DNA of 34,745 bases from a virus. The translations under genes and the position numbers were made by a program. A model generated the notes under the pieces. It did no database searches. It saw only the letters and a list, made by a program, of their open reading frames with translations, and was not told where the DNA came from. Shown piece after piece: positions 1-6,000 of this stretch. Where the stretch lies: IMG/VR virus record IMGVR_UViG_3300023210_000004, one strand, 5' to 3'. Numbering within the stretch: position 1 is the first letter of the stretch; each line of letters starts with the position of its first letter.

Positions 1-480
1 TAGGCCTTGGCAATGTGGCCACGCTGACCACAGGAGTGAGCAACGGCAATGTAATTGTAGCGGATGCAACTGGCCTTCCTGCTATCGATGGAAGTCAGCT
101 CACAGGAATCACTTCGACCGACTCAACTAAGCTCGCTATAGCTAACAACTTAAGCGACTTGAACAATGCAGTCACAGCGAGAACAAACTTAGGCCTTGGC
201 AATGTGGCCACGCTGACCACAGGAGTGAGCAACGGCAATGTAATTGTAGCGGATGCAACTGGCCTTCCTGCTATCGATGGAAGTCAGCTCACAGGAATCA
301 CTTCGACCGACTCAACTAAGCTCGCCATTGCTAACAACTTGAGCGATCTAAACAATGCAGTCACAGCAAGAACAAACTTAGGCCTTGGCAATGTCGCTAC
401 TCTTACGACAGGAGTGGCCAATGGCAACGTGATTGTAGCGGATGCAACGGGCCTTCCTGCCATCGATGGGAGCCAACTCT
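1..480 (+). repeat. Distal end of the 189-bp tandem coding repeat array (units start at 1, 190 and 379; the last unit is truncated)
   Basis: TAGGCCTTGGCAATG recurs at exactly 189-nt spacing. The unit at 1..189 is identical to those at 33854 and 34421. Confidence 0.95.
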
Positions 481-785
481 TAAACCTTCCAAGTGGTGGT
501 GGTGGTGGTGGCGGTGGCTTTACTTATTCAGCGATAACAAGTCTGGTCACTGCACAAGCTGAATATTATTACAGCTGTGATGGAACATTTACAGTTACAT
601 TGCCTGCTGCTTCAGGTATCACCGCAGGCAAAGAGATTAGAATAAAAAATATGGGAACAGGTACGATCACAATCGCTCGGTCTTCAACAGACACAATTGA
701 TGGTCAAACAAGCGCCGCTCTCGGTGTTCAGTATCAGATGCTAAGCTTTATCTCAAATGGTGTCGACGGTTATGAGGTGATCTAA
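1..785 (+). CDS. Tail fibre protein, 3' part. It continues 32053..34745 across the circular junction. Codon phase starts at nt 3 and the stop is TAA 783..785.
   Basis: nt 1..136 are identical to 34610..34745. The phase of the frame opened at 32053 matches the phase of the listed ORF 15..785. The region holds 63-aa repeats, then a Gly8 tract, then a beta-rich C-terminal tip (FTVTLPAASGITAGKEIRIKNMGTGTITI...). Confidence 0.8.
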   Translation, partial: GLGNVATLTTGVSNGNVIVADATGLPAIDGSQLTGITSTDSTKLAIANNLSDLNNAVTARTNLGLGNVATLTTGVSNGNVIVADATGLPAIDGSQLTGITSTDSTKLAIANNLSDLNNAVTARTNLGLGNVATLTTGVANGNVIVADATGLPAIDGSQLLNLPSGGGGGGGGFTYSAITSLVTAQAEYYYSCDGTFTVTLPAASGITAGKEIRIKNMGTGTITIARSSTDTIDGQTSAALGVQYQMLSFISNGVDGYEVI

Positions 786-1213
786 TGAGCTATAAAGCAG
801 CAGTTAAAATGAAACCTGTGCTCGTTTATATAACTATGAGCGCAGATCAAACAATGGCGAGTAGTGATACGCTGTTATTTAATACGATTACGGGCTCAAC
901 AAGTCATGGTGTGACAATCTCATCAGGTGTCGTCACCGTACCAAGTGGCCACCAATGGTTTTGTCAAGTGCAAGCACTGTCATCTAATATCGTGACTGTG
1001 GATTTAGATTGGTATATCAACAGTAGTGTATCAACATTGTTTGCAAATACAGGAATAACACAGACAACGCTTACAGCTTTGACAGGGAATAGTATAGCTC
1101 ACTGTGCACTTGACGCTATTAGCTCAACTGTTGATGTAGAATTGAGAGCAAATGGAGCAGTCACTATTGAGTCTGATTTTGCATTTATGACACTAATCGG
1201 ATATCCAAGTTAA
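785..1213 (+). CDS. Small beta-rich protein, possible tail-fibre accessory or receptor-binding protein (jelly-roll/C1q-like pattern, speculative)
   Basis: The start overlaps the fibre stop (TAATG) and GAGGTGA lies upstream. The motif SHGVTISSGVVTVPSGHQWF and ...VDVELR are shared with ORF 1665..2150. Confidence 0.55.
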   Translation: MSYKAAVKMKPVLVYITMSADQTMASSDTLLFNTITGSTSHGVTISSGVVTVPSGHQWFCQVQALSSNIVTVDLDWYINSSVSTLFANTGITQTTLTALTGNSIAHCALDAISSTVDVELRANGAVTIESDFAFMTLIGYPS

Positions 1214-1222
1214 GGAGTAAGA

Positions 1223-1663
1223 ATGGCATATTTAGAACAAGGCGCAATTGTGAGAATCTCAGAGATTACTAGTAGTCCTGTTGCTATTCCCGCTTCTTCA
1301 CCGGTGGCGACAGTAATTGACATGAGCTTATTAAGTTATGTTCACAATACAATTAATCAGCAAGAAAAAGGTCGGCTGACATATGGACAATTACAAGTCA
1401 CAGGAGCAGGGACATATGTCGGCTATCTTTCGCACACGATACGCACATCCGAGAGCACTGATGCAGCCGCGAATTTGCCCGCAAATATGCGCACAGGATG
1501 GGAGCGCCCTGCAGTTAAAGGGCTCGGAATCATGGCGATAGAAATGAGCTGTGCTCTTGTTGGTGAAAATGACTATGCGCTATCTGTAGAGTTACAAGCT
1601 GAAAATTATAATTTGCAGGCTGATTCTGCAGTGACTAAATCATCAATGATAGAGATTTTATAA
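1223..1663 (+). CDS. Small hypothetical protein in the fibre-distal cluster
   Basis: AAGGAG lies 6 nt upstream of the ATG and the gene is tightly packed. It has weak similarity of pattern (GQLQVTGAGTYVGY, ALSVELQ) to its two neighbours. Confidence 0.5.
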   Translation: MAYLEQGAIVRISEITSSPVAIPASSPVATVIDMSLLSYVHNTINQQEKGRLTYGQLQVTGAGTYVGYLSHTIRTSESTDAAANLPANMRTGWERPAVKGLGIMAIEMSCALVGENDYALSVELQAENYNLQADSAVTKSSMIEIL

Positions 1664-1664
1664 A

Positions 1665-2150
1665 ATGTATCATCCTCAAATTTACTACCCAAACAGTGCT
1701 AAAAGTATTCTTTCAGTTGATGAGTCTAGTATTAATTCTACTATGATCGCTAATAAAAAAATTAGTTTAGATAGCACAAGTTTTAGTCATCCAGGCATAA
1801 CAATGAGCAGCGGTCAATTTGTGATAAGTGCGGGTGAGCATCTAATTATGGGCGCGCCCACTGCTACACTTGTCCCCATCGGTTCGACTACACAAACAGA
1901 ATTTGTTTACCAATGGTATGATGTGACAAACTCGCAATTCATAGGCGCTCAGGGTAGACACGTGATTATATATACTCATAGTGTCATAAATAAAATGAGA
2001 GCACCTGTCGCTAGTTGTTACGTTAACACGGCGATCACACTTGAGCTTCGATGTGTGAGTCTGACAGGATCGGGTTGTAATGCTTGGGGTTCATATCCTA
2101 ATCAAGGCCATATTGGTCAAAGCTGGGTTTCAGTTTACACATCACTTTGA
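1665..2150 (+). CDS. Small beta-rich protein, probable distant paralogue of 785..1213
   Basis: SHPGITMSSGQFVISAGEH aligns with SHGVTISSGVVTVPSGHQ. The WY motif and ITLELR/VDVELR are shared. Confidence 0.5.
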   Translation: MYHPQIYYPNSAKSILSVDESSINSTMIANKKISLDSTSFSHPGITMSSGQFVISAGEHLIMGAPTATLVPIGSTTQTEFVYQWYDVTNSQFIGAQGRHVIIYTHSVINKMRAPVASCYVNTAITLELRCVSLTGSGCNAWGSYPNQGHIGQSWVSVYTSL

Positions 2151-2162
2151 AAAGAGAATTTT

Positions 2163-2459
2163 ATGATAGATCAACTTTTAGCACACCGAGAAACGATCCC
2201 TTATGCACTGGCGCTTTGTGCAATAGTGCTGGCGGTCTTTGCGGGCTATCTACTCGGCCATCAAGATCCCGCTGTGCTTTGCTCGACTTATATAGTTGAT
2301 GCTGAGAGACAAACAACTAAAGCGTTTGAATGTAATAGAGAGCTCACAACGTGCAAAGCGACCAAAGCGGGTGGCGCTGTGATTGATTGTGGCCCTTTAT
2401 GCGCTGAACGTGTATCAACAGCGCTGAAAAATCATAAAAATATCATATGTGAGGACTAA
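2163..2459 (+). CDS. Small membrane protein with an N-terminal TM segment and a Cys-rich C-terminal part
   Basis: Hydrophobic stretch IPYALALCAIVLAVFAGYLLG, with five further Cys residues downstream. Confidence 0.5.
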   Translation: MIDQLLAHRETIPYALALCAIVLAVFAGYLLGHQDPAVLCSTYIVDAERQTTKAFECNRELTTCKATKAGGAVIDCGPLCAERVSTALKNHKNIICED

Positions 2460-2908
2460 TGAACATCATACTAAGTATCATCCTGATCTTATCACCTGCC
2501 ATGCCTGGTGATGTACCAGCCACGGCCATTTGGATTGGCAAGGGCGTTGATCCGATCAAGGCTGAGAAGATATCCCCTGGCGAAACTGTTGAGACTGTCC
2601 GTCTTCTCATGACTCCTTATGACTTTGTGAGACTCAAGACAGCTATGGAAGGAGCGACAGACCTTTGCACATGGGCCATAGATGAATCAGTGGCCGAGTG
2701 TCACAAAGGTTTAAAGCAGTCTGAAAGCATAGCGATACATAGAGAAGAGCGAACACAAGACATCCTGTCAGCGTATGAAGTAAGACTTGATCGGACTGAG
2801 AAAGCGTTGATGACTAGCGAGCGATACACTGAGATTATGATATATGTTAGTAGTGGCCTTGCTGTTTTGGCGGCCTCGACTACTGCCCTTCTAGTTTGGA
2901 GAAAATGA
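2459..2908 (+). CDS. Secreted or membrane-anchored protein with a signal-like N-terminus and a C-terminal TM segment
   Basis: N-terminus MNIILSIILILSPAMPG and C-terminal IMIYVSSGLAVLAASTTALLVW. ATG overlaps the upstream stop (TAATG). Confidence 0.5.
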   Translation: MNIILSIILILSPAMPGDVPATAIWIGKGVDPIKAEKISPGETVETVRLLMTPYDFVRLKTAMEGATDLCTWAIDESVAECHKGLKQSESIAIHREERTQDILSAYEVRLDRTEKALMTSERYTEIMIYVSSGLAVLAASTTALLVWRK

Positions 2909-2909
2909 T

Positions 2910-3203
2910 ATGGATATGAACGCTCTTGATGTCGGAACTGTGATGGCCATTCTCGGAATCATCTTCAAGACGAGCCAGGACAAAGCTAGTTCAGCGGAAT
3001 CTCTTGGAAAGATGAAGCAACAGATTAAATCACTTGAAACAAGAATGGCCGCCAGTGATTCAAAGCTTAACGAGATTGATCAAAAGTTGGGGAAGCTAAT
3101 AGCCAGTATGACTCGACTTGAAACATTACTCGGTCAATCAAACATTCCTAGCGTATTAGAGACACCAGGGCCGCTCAAGAGTCAGCATTGGCAGTCAAGC
3201 TGA
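2910..3203 (+). CDS. Small membrane protein with an N-terminal TM segment and a coiled coil (i-spanin-like or holin-like architecture, uncertain)
   Basis: VGTVMAILGIIFK is followed by heptad-like KMKQQIKSLETRMAASDSKLNEIDQKLGKLIASMTRLETLL. The 3' end overlaps the convergent gene by 29 nt. Confidence 0.45.
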   Translation: MDMNALDVGTVMAILGIIFKTSQDKASSAESLGKMKQQIKSLETRMAASDSKLNEIDQKLGKLIASMTRLETLLGQSNIPSVLETPGPLKSQHWQSS

Positions 3204-4299
3204 TAAGGCCATGGTATCTTGACCAGTCATTCTTCTTCATATATCGAAGCGCTTTCCTGACTTCAGCAAGTGTATTCAATGAGACATCTTTAACATGATT
3301 ATTGATGAAGTTGCTATGTCTCAAGACTTCAACATAAGCAGGATCATTTAAGCGAGGGCCATAGATAGCAGGCGGGCACTCTTCTAGTATTGGATATTCA
3401 GCTACGAAAGCATTGTGTTGAGCTTCAATACTCTCTTGAATATCAGTCATCCACCATTCATCAACATATCCCCATGATTGGCGGATGACTCTATGAATGA
3501 TAGAAGAATAAAAAAAATCCTCTAGTTCTCTTGGTGTCATATCTGACAAGTCTAAACGCTTTCGATCAATCACACCTTGGACTTCTTCTTCACTGATATT
3601 GTGCTCATCAACAATCTCCCAAAACATCTCTTCACTTGAGAAAGTATAGAGCGGTTCACTCTTTGGTTTTGGTGGCGCTTGCTTGACTGGTGCTTGCTTG
3701 ACTGGTGCTTTACTCGGTCGCTGTTGGCGTTGTGGCGCTTCTTTCAAGTTCAAGTCTTCACCAAGTGATTCAGCTGATATCCTCGCTCTTTCATCATCAC
3801 TCATGTTTGTATTATCTGCGATCTCATCAGCTGAATAGATACCGCTAACAGCATCGGGATAAGTAGCTCTTAGGCCCATTGTCATACATCGGCTTCTTAA
3901 CATTTGGAGCGGCATAGTCTGCCAGTTCCTATTCCTAGTTAAGCCTTGAGCGCCTGCCATCTCCATCGTGTAAACATACTCATGTTTGATCTCCTTTGGC
4001 TCATCCTTTCGAGCGAAGATGATTCTACATAGTTGAGCGTTCCATTCTACAATCTGCCAATACCTAACGAGTCCAGAGTTGCGACAGATTCCCGCCATTG
4101 CATCAGCGCTTAATGATGGCTTACCCTTAAGACAGTAAGATTGAGTTTGAACCTTACCCATATCACCACCGAAGTGATGACCATGAGCGGCATGACATTT
4201 AAGAAGGTCGCGGGGGTTACGCTCATCAAGAAGAGTGGCAATCTCTTTGGCTTGATCAAGGTTAGCGGGCACGTAGATTGATTTATATATAGCATTCAT
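3175..4299 (-). CDS. Single-strand annealing recombinase (Red-beta/RecT-like) with a long C-terminal extension
   Basis: NWQTMPLQMLRSRCMTMGLRATYPDAVSGIYSADE closely mirrors the lambda Bet segment PWQSHPKRMLRHKAMIQCARLAFGFAGIYDKDE. An APVKQAPVKQAPPKP linker is followed by about 170 further residues. Confidence 0.65.
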   Translation of the reverse strand: MNAIYKSIYVPANLDQAKEIATLLDERNPRDLLKCHAAHGHHFGGDMGKVQTQSYCLKGKPSLSADAMAGICRNSGLVRYWQIVEWNAQLCRIIFARKDEPKEIKHEYVYTMEMAGAQGLTRNRNWQTMPLQMLRSRCMTMGLRATYPDAVSGIYSADEIADNTNMSDDERARISAESLGEDLNLKEAPQRQQRPSKAPVKQAPVKQAPPKPKSEPLYTFSSEEMFWEIVDEHNISEEEVQGVIDRKRLDLSDMTPRELEDFFYSSIIHRVIRQSWGYVDEWWMTDIQESIEAQHNAFVAEYPILEECPPAIYGPRLNDPAYVEVLRHSNFINNHVKDVSLNTLAEVRKALRYMKKNDWSRYHGLISLTANADS

Positions 4300-4327
4300 G
4301 TCAGTTTTCCTTTGTCAGTTTATTAGT
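4296..4327 (-). repeat. 32-nt leader element ACTAATAAACTGACAAAGGAAAACTGACATGA (read on the - strand), identical to 7745..7776 on the + strand
   Basis: Perfect 32/32 identity by direct comparison. It covers the upstream stop codon, the SD and the ATG of the annealing-protein gene. Confidence 0.9.
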
Positions 4328-4874
4328 TGATATTCATGTCAAGAAGGTCGGGAAGTTCTCGATAAGATCGGGCCGCTTTAAGACTTCGTTCCCAATCTGT
4401 CGAGTGAAGATCACACCAGGTTCTCACTTCATTATATCGAGCGGGATAAGATGAGTTAGTTAGTTGATGTACTTGGTAAGGTGAGAGTGTATCAATGACT
4501 CTGTTTGCACATTCATCGGCGGGCAAGTAGCCTCCATAATCTTTCAAGAGCGCCACCGCTGTGATGACGAATATGAATAAGCAAACGCCAATGGATAGGT
4601 CTTGTGCAATTTGTTCGTCTGGTATCATGTCAGTTCCCTTGCTTATGTTTATATTGTTTGCGAGTTCATAGTGCATTGCCACACATCGAGCGTTTAACAT
4701 TTGGCGTGAGTGAGACACCCAGGAGCCTTCTTTGTCTAGCTGTCTGTTGAGTTCATCTTCATATTGATCAACGTCATCTTGATCATCATTGTCATCATTG
4801 TCAGCTTGATCAGTGTCTTGTTTAGCTTTCTCTCTTAAGTACTCCATCCATGCATCAATACTATCAAACTTCAT
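4323..4874 (-). CDS. Hypothetical protein with an acidic N-terminus and one hydrophobic segment
   Basis: 183-aa ORF in the leftward operon. DNDDNDDQDD tract, TM-like LSIGVCLFIFVITAVALL. An internal in-frame ATG (4628..4626) carries the conserved early initiation motif. Confidence 0.55.
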   Translation of the reverse strand: MKFDSIDAWMEYLREKAKQDTDQADNDDNDDQDDVDQYEDELNRQLDKEGSWVSHSRQMLNARCVAMHYELANNINISKGTDMIPDEQIAQDLSIGVCLFIFVITAVALLKDYGGYLPADECANRVIDTLSPYQVHQLTNSSYPARYNEVRTWCDLHSTDWERSLKAARSYRELPDLLDMNIN

Positions 4875-5244
4875 CAGTAAGTCTCTTTGCTTTTATTAGT
4901 TTAACAATCTCTCTTTTCTGTTCAGTGGTGGCTTGCTCAAGACATAGCAATACTTTGTAAACAAACATAAAGCTTGTTTCGAGTTCTTTAGCGATGTGAT
5001 GGCAAAGGTCATTGATCACCTGGTCAAAGGCTTCATCTTCACCAGTGAAATCACTTTCATGAAAAGCTTCTTCTTCACCATAGAGAATATTTGCACACTC
5101 AGCCAAACGAGTCGCCAGCTCATGACTTGGCGTGTCTTTATTGTTTATGATCTTACTCAAGTAAACAGGATGACAAGCGCTCATCTCGGCAAGCGCTGAA
5201 AGCTTCACCCTTGTCTTTAGTTTCTTCTTCATCAGTCGCCTCAT
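4864..5244 (-). CDS. HTH (XRE/Cro-like) transcriptional regulator, first gene of the leftward operon
   Basis: VKLSALAEMSACHPVYLSKIINNKDTPSHELATRLAE fits the helix-turn-helix pattern. The gene faces the divergent control region. AGGAACTGACATG initiation motif. Confidence 0.6.
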   Translation of the reverse strand: MRRLMKKKLKTRVKLSALAEMSACHPVYLSKIINNKDTPSHELATRLAECANILYGEEEAFHESDFTGEDEAFDQVINDLCHHIAKELETSFMFVYKVLLCLEQATTEQKREIVKLIKAKRLTDEV

Positions 5245-5273
5245 GTCAGTTCCTTTCGTTAGGTATGCTTAAG

Positions 5274-5302
5274 TTATTAATGCCTTATGAAGCTCATGTC
5301 AA
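5274..5302 (-). promoter_or_regulatory. Candidate leftward early promoter: TTGACA, 17-nt spacer, TAATAA
   Basis: The - strand reads TTGACAtgagcttcataaggcatTAATAA, about 30 nt upstream of the HTH gene start. The -35 is perfect and the -10 is mediocre. Confidence 0.4.
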
Positions 5303-5358
5303 GAAAACTTAATATTAAATATAATAAATATTCTTATTGTTAAGTTTAATAAATAAGA

Positions 5359-5371
5359 GTACAACTTGTAC
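5359..5371. promoter_or_regulatory. Perfect 13-bp palindrome GTACAAcTTGTAC, candidate operator
   Basis: Read directly. It lies 27 nt upstream of the initiator ATG in the divergent intergenic region, and its right arm runs into GTACACC, which is an iteron half-site. Confidence 0.35.
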
Positions 5372-5397
5372 ACCTCTATATATAAAGGAGAACTGAC

Positions 5398-6000
5398 ATG
5401 AACGAGGGACAACTAACAGATAAGGTCATGGAGCGGCGTGATCTGCCACCGATGGCCAAGGTGATCATGAGAGCAATCATCAGACGAGTTGATTGGAAAA
5501 CATGGACAAGTAAAGAAGGTCACAAAGTCGTATCAACTAGAGAGCTCGCTCTTAAGTGTGGCACTACTAAGAAGACGGTCATTAAGAACATGGCTCGACT
5601 TGAGCAGGCTGGATTGATTCAGCGTGACTTCTTTAAGGCGAAACCAACACAAGCGCCACCAGTTCAAGTGTTGGTTGATAACATCTCAAACTATAATGGA
5701 GGTGTAGAAAGTACACCACAGGGGGGTGTAGAAAGTATACCACCTAGAGGTGTAGAAAGTATACCGCCTATGGTGGAGAAAGTACACCAGGGTGGTATAG
5801 AAAGTATACCACCTAGAGGTGTAGAAAGTATACCACTATCAATAAGGGACAATAGTAATACAATAATTAATACAATAAATTATACTACTGCCATTGACCC
5901 ATCGCTAGGAAGTGAGTGGGGTGTTAGCTCTAAAGAACTTTGGGGAGATGAGCTTGTTAATGGATTGAGTATTGTATCGAGTAAAGGGAAGAGCAAATGA
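5398..6000 (+). CDS. Replication initiator: winged-helix N-terminal domain, with the origin embedded in the coding sequence (lambda O-like arrangement)
   Basis: STRELALKCGTTKKTVIKNMARLEQAGLIQRD has an HTH pattern. Peptide repeats GGVESIPPR are encoded by the DNA iterons. A DnaC-like loader gene follows with an overlapping stop/start (ATGA). Confidence 0.6.
   Translation: MNEGQLTDKVMERRDLPPMAKVIMRAIIRRVDWKTWTSKEGHKVVSTRELALKCGTTKKTVIKNMARLEQAGLIQRDFFKAKPTQAPPVQVLVDNISNYNGGVESTPQGGVESIPPRGVESIPPMVEKVHQGGIESIPPRGVESIPLSIRDNSNTIINTINYTTAIDPSLGSEWGVSSKELWGDELVNGLSIVSSKGKSK
5701..5834. repeat. Six iterons, each an inverted repeat GGTGTA-GAAAG-TA(C/T)ACC; putative origin of replication
   Basis: Copies at 5701-5717, 5725-5741, 5749-5765, 5772-5788, 5794-5810 and 5818-5834, with a centre-to-centre spacing of 22-24 nt. 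Confidence 0.75.
5838..5893. promoter_or_regulatory. AT-rich block directly after the iterons (candidate DNA-unwinding element)
   Basis: atcaataagggacaatagtaatacaataattaatacaataaattatactact is markedly AT-rich compared with the flanks. Confidence 0.5.

Noticed and set aside
4110-5199. Overlapping or antisense ORFs 4110..4295 (-) and 4996..5199 (+)
   Set aside because: They are embedded in better-supported genes (the SSAP and HTH regulator genes), lack an SD, and have no recognisable features. The same applies to the other 60-100-aa overlapping ORFs in the track: 6554..6796, 8229..8432, 9136..9384, 9140..9355, 11155..11460, 13922..14104, 16166..16348, 16596..17389, 20580..21308, 21621..21863, 22687..22920, 24484..25054, 25844..26029, 26567..26779, 28202..28450, 29406..29594 and 30946..31753.
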